The translations under genes were made by a program, and so were the position numbers. This document shows, in pieces, positions 10,114-23,981 of a stretch of 63,413 nt of DNA. The notes under the pieces are model-generated. The model was not told the origin of the DNA. It was given only the letters and a program-made list of their open reading frames with translations, and did not search any database. Position 1 is the stretch's first letter. Every line of letters begins with the position of its first letter. The DNA is from Girardia tigrina (lineage: Eukaryota). The DNA is taken from NCBI GenBank assembly GCA_001938485.1, contig MQRK01234264.1:1-63413 (forward strand), in the 5' to 3' direction.

Positions 10114-11849
10114 AAACGGGAACTAAAAATTTTGAAAAATTAAACAAATATTTTTTGATCTGCTTGGCACTTTTAAAGTTGTTAATATATTTTCAAGGTA
10201 AATAATTTTTAATCTAAACATTAAGATTTTCTACGATTTCGCTATCTTTGAAATTTTTCCAATATATTACTTTTTATGGATTCACATATTTATTAGTAAA
10301 ATTGCAAGGGAAATCCCTGACTTGTCCAATGGCCACACTTCCTATTTTCTTTGATAAAAAAGTACTTTACATTAAAACAATTAATTCACCAAAACATTTT
10401 CAAAAATAAAATATTTTATATACTTTGTCACATTAAATATTGTTTTATGTAATAAGAGATTGTAAAAAATAATTAACTTATAAACAATATTATATACCAC
10501 TTTGAAAAGGAAATAATTTGATTAAGTAATAACAGATAAATCTAAACAAAATCTAAAACTATCATTCAAAATGGAAAACTGTTGCTTAAAAAATTATAAT
10601 TTAGTTTAACAAATATGTTGTTGTGCAAAATCTCTTAGAGATATCGTTTGCATCGCAAGGTTATAGAATGAGTTTTTCTCCAGAAACTTAGAATAATAAA
10701 ATTAACTTTCAAAAAATAAGAAGCCCTAAGGACCAAGAAATTTAATTTATTTTTTCCTGAAATATTTTCTTAATAATTTTTTATTAAGAGTTCATATTTA
10801 ATATATATTTCATATTTAATATTCTTAACATATTATTCTACTGTGTTTTCTTATTATAACTTGGGAAAGAAATAGGGTCCGACTGATCTTAAAAAGAAGT
10901 TGATATTGTTTTTTCTGATCATTATAAATGTTATTGATACTGCGCTACTAATGATATTTTAAATGAGTATTTATAAATAGTATTAATAACCTGAATATAT
11001 AAATAACCTACAAGTACTGCTCCAATACATGAATTTGTTAATTTTATCAAACCAAATGCACATAACAGATAATAATAGACTCTGAAGAGATAAATTTATA
11101 CATAAATAAAATTTCTTCAATTAATTTTTTCATAAGATTAATTGTGACGAGCAAATTAATATTTGACGACATTGGATCGAATCTTAATACACATTTCAAA
11201 ACCGTGAAGTGAGATAAAATAGACGCCCACCGATGACTGTTTTATATCAGTAACAAAAATTTATTTAATGTAATGAAGTTGAAACAATTGAATGTCTTTA
11301 AATTATCTAATTTCAACAAAATTTCAACAATAGAAAAATCAATAATTGATGACATTTGTAAGCGATACCCAGAGTAACAAAGATATTTGAACAAATGTAT
11401 TTTAAAAATCAAATTATAATCACACAACAATACACTTATTGATGATTATGTTTGATGGACTGTCTACCTCTATGAACGTTTTTTTCTTTACAGTTCGACC
11501 AAAGAGACATTTTATTACCAATCATAGGAATATGTATCTATATAATAAAAAGAATAAAAGCATTGTGCTATACTAAAGTTGACAATCAGCCAATTTTATT
11601 TTTAACGAAGTACAGATCAATATTCATGATTGATAAAAGGGATATCGGAAAAATGTCATTAGCCAAACACAAAATAGAAAACACATAGAGAACCAATATT
11701 GGTAAAACTTTATCGACAAGCAAAACATTTAGTCAAATGACTGTAGTCAGACGACCTTATTCGAATCCACCTAGAACCTGACTTTCGCTACTATAGATAT
11801 ATGCATGATTCAACTTTAATCCGATAATTTCAGGAAAGCCGACAACGTG

Positions 11850-12660
11850 GAGACGTTAATTCAATAATTTTGCGAGGATTTCCAAATCTAAACAGAAGAC
11901 CGCGGAAAGAGATTTGAAAGATAAATACAAAAAGCTCCATAATACCATAGTGGGCTAAAAAGATCGATTACGGAAAGCATTTGTTTGGACATTCTCACTA
12001 TTCGAAGACTTAACAGAGGCGTGGTAGTACAGGATGAAGGACGATATAACGGAGACTTTCTATGAAAAACTGAGAGATTCACAAACATGATTTTTAACAT
12101 AAAATGAGAGGCTTTCAAGGAAGCACCGTTGTGACGATATGGATATAAAAGAAAGTGTGGCTAAACAAGGTGAAAGGAATAGAGGAGATAAAAGAGAAGA
12201 TAATAGCAATAAATGACATCAAAAATGTAACAGAAGAAATGAATGTAGTAAGAGACAAAGGGATCTTGGAGTTATCGAAATGAAGTGGCAGTGAATAGCA
12301 GTAGATACGGACAAAATCGAACAGAGTGAAATACCCAAACTATTAACGAATATAGGCACGGAATTGATTAAATGTCAAACTGGACAGAAAGAAGGTCACA
12401 AAAGTGAGGCGTGTAGACAACGAGAATCAATCAGGTGTTTTGGATGTAGAAAAGAAGGAGCCGTTGTAAAAAAAATATCTGAAAGGAAATCAGTAAGATG
12501 CTATAGTTGTGGTTAACTGGGACACGTAAGAAGAAAGTGTCCGAACATAGAATGTAAGATATTTCAAAATAGAGGTCACAAAGAAAGTGAATGTTATACA
12601 AGACTACATGGAAGAATAAGAGAACAAAGTACAGATAACAATAATTACCAGGAATGGGTG
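11850..12660 (+). mobile_element. Degenerate LTR-retrotransposon gag with three CCHC zinc knuckles
   Basis: CQTGQKEGHKSEAC, CYSCG*LGHVRRKC and CKIFQNRGHKESEC at ~12370-12600. Confidence 0.7.
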
Positions 12661-12799
12661 TTCGCATTATTCTGTATTGAAATTTTTTTAATTTGTATTT
12701 TGTTAATTACTTTATTTTTAACAAAAAATATTTTATAAAATTTTTTTATAATAACAAATTACCATGTAAACATTATTGTAGAATTATTTTTTTATGTCT

Positions 12800-13530
12800 C
12801 AATGTCACACAATCTACCAACCCTACTTATTATGAGCAGTTACTCTCGGTACCAAAGCACCAGAATCAACAAATTGCAGAAATATATATCCAGTTCAGTA
12901 AGATTGTTAAAATTTACTTCTATGCCGATTGTCTGACAGTGTTGGTTGTAAATGCAAGTTTAAACCTGTCAAAATTATTTAAAATTATCAATTAAATTAT
13001 CAATTCAAATGTCACAAGTGCGAAGCCTTGTACATTGGAGAGACAAGTCGTCATCTCCGCACTAGAATTGCTGAACATACTCAATCGAGTAGAAATAGTT
13101 CGATATTGAGCCANNNNNNNNNNNNNNNNNNNNNNNNNNNNNNNNNNNNNNNNNNNNNNNNNNAAGTGATTTTAAATAATTTTGACACAAATTATGAAAG
13201 GATTATTGCCGAAGCATTGTTAATAAAGCATCATAAACCATGCTTAAACGTGCAAGGTGATTCATCTAATCATATTAAAGTTATTTAAAATATCATTAAA
13301 AATATTTTTCTTTTTTTTAAGAAAAGAAAAAAAAAGAATGTTTTTGAGACGTATGATGTAATAGTTTTTCAACTATATAAATAGCAATTAATCACTTTAT
13401 TTCATTGCACTAAAGATGCCGAAATGGTGAAACGCGTTTGTATTGGGAATAAATTTAATATTAAAAAATGGCTTTTCTTTTCATTATATAGATTCCATCT
13501 CAATGAAAACAACTACAGTCGGCTACTTGA
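12800..13530 (+). mobile_element. Penelope-like element 3' fragment (GIY-YIG endonuclease plus pLTR)
   Basis: YQFKCHKCEALYIGETSRHLRTRIAEH...EALLIKHHKPCLNVQ, followed by a hammerhead-like fold. Confidence 0.9.
13403..13445 (+). ncRNA. Hammerhead ribozyme with mutated core (CUAAAGA)
   Basis: Stem I CAUUGCA/UGUAUUG, stem II GCC/GGU, GAAA, palindromic ACGCGU, GUU. The conserved G5 is A. Confidence 0.75.
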
Positions 13531-13619
13531 ATAATTTTATAACTTCAAGCTATATACTTAATCAAAATAATCTAATTTCAATTATCAAATTAAAATACAC
13601 AAAAAATAATTAAAATTAC

Positions 13620-14381
13620 TCTTTTTCGATGAATTTTACTATGTCGAAAGTGAAAACTAGATTTATTGGAAGGAAACAAAAACTTTTTGGACCCGGAAAA
13701 CTTTTCTGATGCCGTAACATTTTTGAAAGCCATGAAAATATCATTTAAAGATCTTTGTAAAAATCCGGAACGCTTGTGTTTATCTTTGCTTTCAATACTG
13801 GTATTTTTCAAACTGAAAGAAACTTGAGTTTCTTTGAAACTTTCTGAACTGCTATAATGAACAATGTTAATTTCTGATGCATAATTATGAACTTTAGGCA
13901 AGTTTTGTAACTGATTCGATATGGAACAGAGAGCGCCTGGTTCACACGATGACTGTCTACTGAGATATTTTTTATCTGAAGGCAAATCTCCTGAAGCTGA
14001 CAGTAGTTCAAGAGAGCTGAGATTAAGATTGTTTTCCCATTCGATCAAAGAGCGGGTCGAATAATCACCGGTTGAAAAACGTTTACGCATGTGTTCCTCA
14101 AGCATTTTCCTTTTTGTGCGTCGAATAATTGTTGATTGTGTGTTATTGGAATTTGGCGGAGAAAAAGATGACGAACAAGGTTTAGAATCTTCACTGATAT
14201 AATCAAGATTCGGTTGTGATAGATGTTTGTCGTCTTGCAAAACCGTACTAATGGGACTTTTAGAAAACGGCTTATGCCGAGGAACTGCAGGAGGCTTACC
14301 ATGTGGTATTTTTGGAACATCCACTAAATAATCTACTTCACCTGCACGAATTTTGTTATCGATTCTCACCACCGGGCTACC
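13620..14381 (-). CDS. Internal exon (254 aa, Ser/Pro-rich) of the host gene
   Basis: Acceptor ttattcag|GGT at 14381, donor AGA|gtaatt at 13620, 762 bp, phase 0-0, fully open. Confidence 0.75.
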
Positions 14382-15697
14382 CTGAATAATTTTAACACGT
14401 CAAAAACAGATCCGATGTTAAATAATAAATAATTTAAATTTTATGCATTACTAATTAAAACATACATTACAACAACATATGTTGAGAGGATTTTAGAAAT
14501 ACTGTAATATGAACAAACCAAAAGACATGATAAAATAAGATTATGTTGGCATGAAATCACTTCTAATTTATGAATTTGATAAAATTATTTATTTAAGAAA
14601 TTAATGCCATAGTTGAATCTTTATAATTATATACATATATTATATATATTAAAAGTAATATTCAGGAGATTCTAGACAAGGTAAGAATATTTTGTTTTCA
14701 GTGTAGTGAATAAATACCCTCCCATCGGTTTGGATAATTGGCACAACAGCCCCACACAAACATCTGTTATCCCTTGATAATTTATATTATTTTTAAAAAC
14801 AATCTCTCCTAGATGCTTAATTAAATTTAAATATAATAAAACACTAAACAAATTTTAGATGTTAATTAATAATAAAATATGCAAAAATAAATAATTTTAT
14901 AAAATAAAAAGCATGGTTAAAATATTTGATATGAATTATAGTAAAATAAATATATTCTGTTTTCATTTATATTTGATATATTTGATTTTACTATATTTGA
15001 TATGGATTATAATAAAATAAATATTTTCTGTTTTCATTTATGTAAATTTATATTTTTTGGTTTTCCTTTTATGAATTTCCCAAAATATTATTAAAGAATC
15101 AAAAATGACATTTAAATGTGGAAGTAATAAAATAATTAATGCAAAATCGTCTAGATAGAAAATTAATATTTTATCGTTGAAAAATAAACTGAATAAATTG
15201 GTCGAGAATATCTGACGAATAAATTATGCGAGCGGCATTACTGCTGGTGGAATATTCTGCAAATTAATACTACTAAGTTAGTAGTTAAAATTTATTAAAA
15301 TTATTTCATGATTATTGCTTTATTTCCAAACTAAAGGAAATAGAGTAGGTTTAGGCTGAGGATCAACGAATGTTCATCATATACCTTCTTCAAGTGAGGA
15401 CATAGAACTATGTCTATAAGAAATTATCTCAATACTTATAATTTAAAAATTTTATTCATCGAAAATAAGATAATATTTATTAGTCAAAAGCAATTTAAAT
15501 AAATCAAGCAAAACTTAAAAGAAAACTTAAGGATGTGTATCATAAAATGGTAAAGTTTATCTTGACATCATGAAGATCAAATTGCTAATGAGTATAACCC
15601 TTCACAATTTTAAACTATAAAATAATGTGAGCATTGTATAAACAAGGTTCTCGCATAGATCTTATGACACTTTTAAACATAAGGATATCAAAATATA

Positions 15698-16609
15698 CCG
15701 TAGTTTCATACATATAAACCGCACAGTTTTTTCCTCCAAAGATCCATTTCGAGTAAGTAAAATTACAGAATACCCGTTGGTTATTGTTGAAATTACTTTT
15801 AGTATATTTTATTAATTAAATAGTAAAAAAATATAATATTTAAGTATAATTATAATTAAAAAAACAGGATAACTACAAAATATTAATAGGTACTTGATAC
15901 AAATAATCAGTTAAGGATAAAGATAATGTTGTTATTTCGTTATACTTTCGTCGTATAGCTTCTTTTTTCTTCTTGTATTGATAGGAAATAGAGCTTTGAA
16001 ATTAAATCCGGTAAATTAAATCACAAAAGACCACTGTCCAAAGTATTCCAGTTAATAATAATAATTCGTGGTAATTAAGTACCTTAATCTATTTGTTTAT
16101 TGATTTTATATATATATATATATATATATTCTTTTGTTATTTAATTTTCCAAGATAATCCTTTAACTTGTTTTTTCCCGTTTCTTTTCAGATTTCTTTTT
16201 TTATCTTTAAACTCTGTTTTTTTAATATTTTCTTTTGATTTTCTTGGTTAGATAAAAATAAACACCATAAAAATAAGCCAAAATAAAAATAAACACAATA
16301 ATAAAAACGATCGCTACATAAAATGAATAAAAATACACAGAACAATATTCAGTAAAAAAATAAATAAAATAAAAAATATATAAATATAACTTAGTTTATT
16401 TTAAATATTAATAAAATATAAATAGAAATACTAATAAATTTATTTTATATATCAAAAAAAATTCGAGCAAGACAGTTATCATATTGAAATGTTATTTTTT
16501 GTCGTGTAAAGTACTTTTAATATACCCGTCCTACTTTTATGATCTGTGGGTAGAGTGCAGCGTAGATAAAATTACACGTGACCCGCGGTTTATATGCGTG
16601 AAAATACTG
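15698..16609. mobile_element. Non-autonomous pogo/Tigger-type element
   Basis: TA|CCGTAGTTTCATACATATAAACCGC ... GCGGTTTATATGCGTGAAAATACTG|TA imperfect TIRs. No coding content. Confidence 0.7.
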
Positions 16610-16951
16610 TAACTGATAAGAATTAAAAGGCAATATGCACTCAATATAAAAGGTTCTAAATAAATTATACTACATTTAGTAAAAAAATACCGATCAATCA
16701 TTTCTACTACTTTTGGTACTTATCTATATAAAAATGCATGTAAACATTAAATTTAAGGCAATAAATATAAGACATAATAAAATAAATATCAAATATATAC
16801 CAAAGTCAAAATATATGTGGATTACCGTCAAAGGGCACCAAAACTTTCTAACAAAATATATTCCGCTTTTATCAGAAACTATGAAAAATATTTTTTGATT
16901 TGCTTCCATAATATTTGAAAGATGAAAGTGATGAATATTCTTATTATTGTA

Positions 16952-18285
16952 CAACTGTGGACAAAATGATTGGGAAAAGAACAAATTTTTGAATATTTAA
17001 AAAACCTTTTTATTTACAACCCAAACTATGCACATTATTAGAGTATTTTGACAAATGTATATGATATTTAAGTCTAGTGTTAATGAGTGTGAGCATTGTA
17101 TTAACAAGGTTCTCGCATAGATCTTATGACACTTTTAAACATTAAACACACTTAATGAAGTAAATTAAATCTTGTAGGCTATACGAATGATGACTTCTCT
17201 TTCTCTTAACAATTTTCTATGGGGTTTAGATCATGAGAGCTTCCAAACTATCCCATAATCCGAATCCCATTAAAATAGAACCAGCCCTTCACAAGTTTGC
17301 AGGTCTAAACAGTAGTTGAATCGAGTTTAAATACACTCAAATTGTGAAGGGTTATACTCATTAGCAATTTGATCTTCATGATGTCAAGATAAACTTTACC
17401 ATTGACAATGGTTTTACTTGGTACAAATGGCCCAGAACCTCGACCTGATGCAGAAAAACTATCCAAATAACATAACTTTTAGAGAATGTTTGGCAGTTTA
17501 GACTATGTAATGGGGTTGAACCTATAACATTTTGGGCGCCTCATTGAAAGATGGGCAAAGTTAAAAGAAGATTCAAACTGACAAAATTTCGAATTATCGG
17601 ATAAAAGAACTTACCATCTGTAGTCATCAATCTAATATTGATATTGTTTGCAAAAGGCAAGTCATTTGAACAACTGTGTACAATTTAGTGAAGGCTTTTG
17701 CTTAGATGCCTAGCTTTTATTCCCAGTTCATTCATCAATCTCCTTATTCTTCATGTAATTACCTCAGAAGATGCTACATTTTTTATTTCCAGGCTTGTTT
17801 GGACAGTTCGCCTAATCAAGTGATCCTGCCATTTTCTAGTAGTGCTCGGTCGCCCAGATGGCTTACTAGAATCAGATGACTCTATTAACTTGGACTGCTT
17901 GACAATATCATCTACTATGGAATTCGTAAATATAAACATGTTCGCAATTCCCCGCTGTGACAACTCACCTTTTGGTACTGAATAATGATGATACACAATC
18001 CTGATGAAATTTGCTTAATTCTAGTCATTCTGAGCAACAATTTTTGAAAACGTTAAAATTTTGATGGAAAGTTGTTAATATATGCTAATCGACCCTTACA
18101 AAGATTACGTTTAAAAAGTAAGAACATGAATTTACGATTATAAATTAAAAAGGATATCATAAACATTCAGATTACTATAATTTTCACCAGTTATTTCATT
18201 ATTATTATGAAAATATAACTTCTAATTGTGATTCAGAAAAATTTCAAAAACAGTTGTGCTGAAATCATTTTCGTCCCAGCTCAAT
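16952..18285 (-). mobile_element. Degenerate Tc1-like transposon
   Basis: SGRPSTTRKWQDHLIRR (Tc1 GRPR/HTH), FSDNSKF-like first Asp region, VNGKVYLDIM. TA|CAACTGTGGACAAAATGATTG terminus. Confidence 0.7.
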
Positions 18286-20359
18286 ATATAAACTCATTAT
18301 ATATCAACTGATAGAAAATAAATTTCATGCAAATACATATTGAACTCAAAGGAAAAAATTAATTAATTTTATATTTATGTTTCCCATTCGTAATTTCACT
18401 TCTCTAAAGAATATCTATCATGAAACAATGGAAATGATATAATCTGAAAGAACTAGTAAATACTACATCAGTTGCTTGTCTATACCAAATTTTTATCTAA
18501 AAATCTTCTAAAACATAAAAATCATTCATAAACCTCGTACAAATGTTGTAATAAAGCGTCAGATTGTCGACAGAATCCCATGTGCTTCAGTCCTCAATTG
18601 AATGGCCAATGAATGATGGGCGACTCGAACGAATTTCATAACAAATACGTTCATAAATCTAACACATTGATTATTATCGCTTTATGCATTTTAATATTTT
18701 AAACTTATTGTGAGAAATTCTTTAATGTTAATAAAACTTATCCCCATTATTCTGTGTTTTAAAGAAACTCAAATGCAAATTTACAATACCTTACGCATAA
18801 AAAATATAAAAATCGTTTCAATTAATAGTCATAAATGTAGTTAATTACCAGACTGAATATTCACAAAAAAATAATTAATTTATAATATGGATTAATCAAA
18901 TGCATGCAATCTATTTTTCTTTTTCAGTAATTTACATCAATTATATTAAATAGGGGCATTATAAAATAATATTATTAATAAAAAATTTTTTATAAAAACA
19001 ACCACGTTTTTCAAGCATTACCAATGCACTAAAAAGAGGAAAATAATTTTTTTTCTAGACATGTGAGAAATTTTATACCTNNNNNNNNNNNNNNNNNNNN
19101 NNNNNNNNNNNNNNNNNNNNNNNNNNNNNNNNNNNNNNNNNNNNNNNNNNNNNNNNNNNNNNNNNNNNNNNNNNNNNNNNNNNNNNNNNNNNNNNNNNNN
19201 NNNNNNNNNNNNNNNNNNNNNNNNNNNNNNNNNNNNNNNNNNNNNNNNNNNNNNNNNNNNNNNNNNNNNNNNNNNNNNNNNNNNNNNNNNNNNNNNNNNN
19301 NNNNNNNNNNNNNNNNNNNNNNNNNNNNNNNNNNNNNNNNNNNNNNNNNNNNNNNNNNNNNNNNNNNNNNNNNNNNNNNNNNNNNNNNNNNNNNNNNNNN
19401 NNNNNNNNNNNNNNNNNNNNNNNNNNNNNNNNNNNNNNNNNNNNNNNNNNNNNNNNNNNNNNNNNNNNNNNNNNNNNNNNNNNNNNNNNNNNNNNNNNNN
19501 NNNNNNNNNNNNNNNNNNNNNNNNNNNNNNNNNNNNNNNNNNNNNNNNNNNNNNNNNNNNNNNNNNNNNNNNNNNNNNNNNNNNNNNNNNNNNNNNNNNN
19601 NNNNNNNNNNNNNNNNNNNNNNNNNNNNNNNNNNNNNNNNNNNNNNNNNNNNNNNNNNNNNNNNNNNNNNNNNNNNNNNNNNNNNNNNNNNNNNNNNNNN
19701 NNNNNNNNNNNNNNNNNNNNNNNNNNNNNNNNNNNNNNNATTATCAATTTAGAACGATGTCGAATGACGAGAGTTTCGCTGAGAGTTGTCCAAAAGACAA
19801 TTCTGATTGTAATGAAAATAAAAGTTTGAAAAGCCATGTTGGTGTTCTTAATAAAAACCAAAATAACAAAGTCTTATTTTAATAAAAGCAAGTTTTATTT
19901 CAAAATAATTTTTAAACCTAATTTTAATTCTTCTATACTTAATTATCACTTGATTTTCACAATATTTATTCAATTTATTAATTTTTTCCGTACATCCGTA
20001 AAGTAAATGTTTTAAAATATTGTATTGTCATCGGAAGCAAGCCTGTATAAAAAAATTCAGCTCAATTGGATGACTGAAAGTGGTCCAAAAATCAATCGCA
20101 AGATTTGTTCCAGACAGACAAACAGACAAGAAACCAAGCTAAGAAAAACGTGGTAAAATAGAATATTTTGCGTAATTATAAAGCATATATTTTTTTGCTG
20201 ATATATAAAACATGGAATGCTTTTTTGCTTAAATATAAAGCATAGAATTTTAATTAATATAAATATAAAAATAGATATAAGAAATAATTTTGTTTAAATA
20301 TGTTATTATACAAAGAAAGAGTTAAAGATATGTCAGTGAGTTTTTTGTAAAGAATCATT

Positions 20360-21591
20360 GGATCTTGTTAAAAATATGCCCCCACGGGCATATTTTTTAG
20401 TTGTGTAATTTTAGGGGCGTACTTTTTAGTTGTGTAATTATATCTCATTATAAATACATGTTATTTATTTTAATGTTCATAAATATTTTTTGGATCACGT
20501 CACCTAGTACGTATGAAACAATCATAAGAAGACTAATGAATGCTGATTTACAAGACACGATAGCATTTTTTAAAACAAAGGGGATTTTGAAATCATCNNN
20601 NNNNNNNNNNNNNNNNNNNNNNNNNNNNNNNNNNNNNNNNNNNNNNNNNNNNNNNNNNNNNNNNNNNNNNNNNNNNNNNNNNNNNNNNNNNNNNNNNNNN
20701 NNNNNNNNNNNNNNNNNNAGAACTAATTCTTTTTTGGGCATTTCCAGAATCAGTCTTCAAACATGGATAGATTTGCTCTACAGATGGAGCAATGAGGAAT
20801 CAATTGTGACGATTCAACGGTCTTTGACTGTATCAACGCCCACCCTTATTAAAATATTCAAAACCATAAGAAAATGCACTTTTAAATATTTTGAAGCTAA
20901 TCCTGTAAGACTGGGGGGCGAAAATGTAATCTGTCAAATCGATGAAAGTCTTTTTTGCCACAAACAAAAATATCATCGTGACAGAGTTGCTAACCATCAG
21001 GTATGGGTATTTGGTATCGTAGATACATCTTTTATTCCGGCGAGAGGCATAATGCGAGTGGTTTCAAACAGATGTGCGGCTATTTTGAGACCCATTATCT
21101 GTGAAGTAATATTGCCGGGTACAACTATTCACAGTGATGAATGGAGAGCATATTCCAATTTAAATACTCTAGGATATTATCATGGTACAGTTAATCATTC
21201 GATTAATTTTGTAGATCCTAGAACCGGGATTCACACACAAAATGTTGAATCTTATTGGAATAAAAACAAAACACGGTGCAAGAAAATGAAAGGAGTCAAA
21301 AAAGAATTTTTGCAGGATTACCTTAATGAGTTTATGTGGCGAGACAACATTTCTGGAGATTCTTTTGAAAAATTGATGAATTTATTGAAAAATTATTTTA
21401 ATGATTAATAAATTTCATAATTTTGTATTGTGTTTTTATTGTATTATTACACGGGGCATATTATTTAGTTGTGTAATTTTAAGGACATATTTTTTAGTTG
21501 TGTAATTTTAGGGGCGTACTTTTTAGTTGTGTAATTTTAGGGGCGTACTTTTCAGTTGTGTAATTTTAGGGGCGTACTTTTAACATGATCC
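20360..21591 (+). mobile_element. Merlin (IS1016/ISXO2-like) DNA transposon, complete
   Basis: TIRs GGATCTTGTTAAAAATATGCCCC / GGGGCGTACTTTTAACATGATCC, perfect 8-bp TSD GAATCATT (20352-20359, 21592-21599), subterminal 29-bp tandem repeats. Confidence 0.95.
20401..21408 (+). CDS. Merlin/IS1595-family DDE transposase (start uncertain, N-gap inside)
   Basis: CQIDESLF, WVFGIVD, IHSDEWRAY, HGTVNHS, HTQNVESYW, YLNEFMWR. Confidence 0.9.
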   Translation: MCNFRGVLFSCVIISHYKYMLFILMFINIFWITSPSTYETIIRRLMNADLQDTIAFFKTKGILKSXXXXXXXXXXXXXXXXXXXXXXXXXXXXXXXXXXXXXXXXXRTNSFLGISRISLQTWIDLLYRWSNEESIVTIQRSLTVSTPTLIKIFKTIRKCTFKYFEANPVRLGGENVICQIDESLFCHKQKYHRDRVANHQVWVFGIVDTSFIPARGIMRVVSNRCAAILRPIICEVILPGTTIHSDEWRAYSNLNTLGYYHGTVNHSINFVDPRTGIHTQNVESYWNKNKTRCKKMKGVKKEFLQDYLNEFMWRDNISGDSFEKLMNLLKNYFND

Positions 21592-21699
21592 GAATCATTT
21601 ATTTAATAAAATGATAATGGTTTTAGTCCTTTAATATACAACCAGCAACTTTAGCCGTGACCAACAGTAAAGCTATGAAGTTAGCATCCGAGTTTTCTG

Positions 21700-22222
21700 A
21701 AAATAGTACCCGTCAATACAGGAATTCATGGATATCTTCCCTGCATCTGCTGCTCTCAAGAACATTGGTTATAAAGATCTGCAGCGAAATAAAAATGTGT
21801 TAAGCTTGGATGTAGTGACGAAAATTGCAGATTTAATATCAATGCTCATATAAAGAATAGTATAAATGCATGCATTATTACAAAAATTAATATGGTTCAC
21901 TCATGCGAGAGGATCTGTAGATTACAAGCCTCTAAATGGTATGATAAAATAGGCTTTGACTTGACAACGAAGCCAACTGACCTTGTTGAGCACATTAGGA
22001 TGAAAATGAAGAAAGAATCAGTTATAATACTGCAAATAAGGCAATTAATACTACTAAAATAGGAAACAGGACGGTATTGACAGATCTTCAAGATCTTATG
22101 CAGAACCAATAGTTCCAATATCACCGAATTGTTTAACCAAATACGATGTTTTATCACCCTTAGCTAGAAGAGCTAGAGGAAGACCAAGAATAGCTAGATT
22201 CAGAGCAACTGCTGAGAATTAA
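21700..22222 (+). mobile_element. MuDR-type MULE C-terminal remnant
   Basis: SYAEPIVPISPNCLTKYDVLSPLARRARGRPRIARFRATAEN*, similar to the end of the MULE at 33903-34202. Confidence 0.55.
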
Positions 22223-23981
22223 AAATCATTAATTCTGTAATATTCTGTTATAATATTAATTCTGTTTTATATTAACGTCAAATAAAAATTCTGTTTTATT
22301 TCAGCAATAAAAATTCTATTTATTATATTTTCCCTATTGAATAATATTTTATTTTAATAATATCATATGATTTATATCGTAAGGTATAATGTGTATTAGC
22401 GTACAATCTCTTAGTGGAGTGAAAAAGTGATGATACGCAGAAATAAACAAAACAATTAATTAAATTAATCATCAAATAAAGCAGGTTGTCAATTCCATCC
22501 TAAAATAAACAAGACGTGAGGCAGCGGCAGCATCTACGGCCATACGAGTCTGGTGCACTTGATGCAGTCATACAGTATTTGTTTTACGAATACCGATCAA
22601 GAACACTTTGCACTATTAACGTACAATTGATTATTCATTATATTATACAAGAACATTGCAGTCTATTTCATTCACTGTTATAAAATTAGAAATAAAAGAT
22701 AATGAATTGCCAGAAAATTGCCAGACAAATCAATATTTTCTAGAGAAAGAGAGATAATAATAATAATAATGGATAAACATAAGCGCATTAAGTGCAGCTT
22801 TAAAAAAATTTTATTTGCATTCATTGAGACGAGAATTTCAATATAAAAAGGGAACAGATTTCTTAACTGACATCATTTGAGTTGCTGGGCTAATGAATTG
22901 CTGTCGACAGAGTTTTATTAACAACTTGGCAATGTTTCCCTGTTACACAACGACTATTCTGCATCGATTGCTATAAGATTATATCACAACTTTCTTTTAC
23001 TAAGATTGGAATCACTTTTAATTATTAATCTAACTGGACCACAAAATACGAAATATATAAAAGAGCGTAGGGTGTTCATACAAAGACAAATAGTTTCATA
23101 TAAACAACTTATAATAATATATTACAAGTATGTTTCTTAGATCACATTTGATAGATGAACATTGATGATAACTCAATACACGAAATAAACTTTTAGATCA
23201 AACTATATTGGTAATTTAGAATGGAAAAATATTTTTTATTGAAAATGAATGTTTTGTAGCGCAACGAATGATTAATAACTGATTTCATAGTTTTATATTT
23301 GACAAACGCAATTGTAGTAATTGAGGACTGGAGGTGGTCTTTGTGAACGATGATTAAATGGGAATTCTACATTCTTTCTATGATGAAAATTACCTTATAT
23401 CCTTATAATTTACAATTGATAGCTTATAGAAGGATCATAACAGTTCATTTACAACAAACAATAACACGACTTTATTCACAGTTAATGTTCCTAAATTTTT
23501 AAAAAACTTTGAGACGCAATTTATAATATTTTATTATTTATTAATAATGCTACTTTTCATCATTAAATATTTCAAAATATCATTTTAATTTTGAGTTTTC
23601 CAATTTTTAAGCTTTTTAGTGTTCTATACTTTTCACCAAATGATAATTCTACAGGTTGAAGCATCCTTCAAATCACGGGTCTCAAACAAATGGCTAGCGA
23701 TAGCGAAATTAGAAATAATATTTTCTTAGAAACGGAACTTACATTAAAAAATATATTCTTTCAATCGATTTATTTTATTTCAACAAGCGTCACCGTAAAG
23801 TCACTGAATATTTTTATTCATTTATATAAAAGTAGATCTTATAAGTACTCAAAAGATCTTGTATTAATTTAATGGGTAAAGATTATTATCATTGCATATT
23901 CATTGTCTTATTTTGCACAATAGTTACAGAAATAATTTTCCAAACTCCGTCTAGAAAATCCTAGTTATTAATAACATCAAT

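Noticed and set aside
19063-19861. Long ORFs in the track
   Set aside because: Artefacts of reading through N-gaps; the same applies to 35753-36253 and 61012-61402.
20040-20156. Helitron/DINE-like fragment with GACA repeats
   Set aside because: Suggestive only; no termini or hairpin could be defined.
21450-21580. Regular 29-bp repeats resembling a CRISPR array
   Set aside because: Head-to-tail with no spacers; they are Merlin subterminal repeats in a eukaryotic context.
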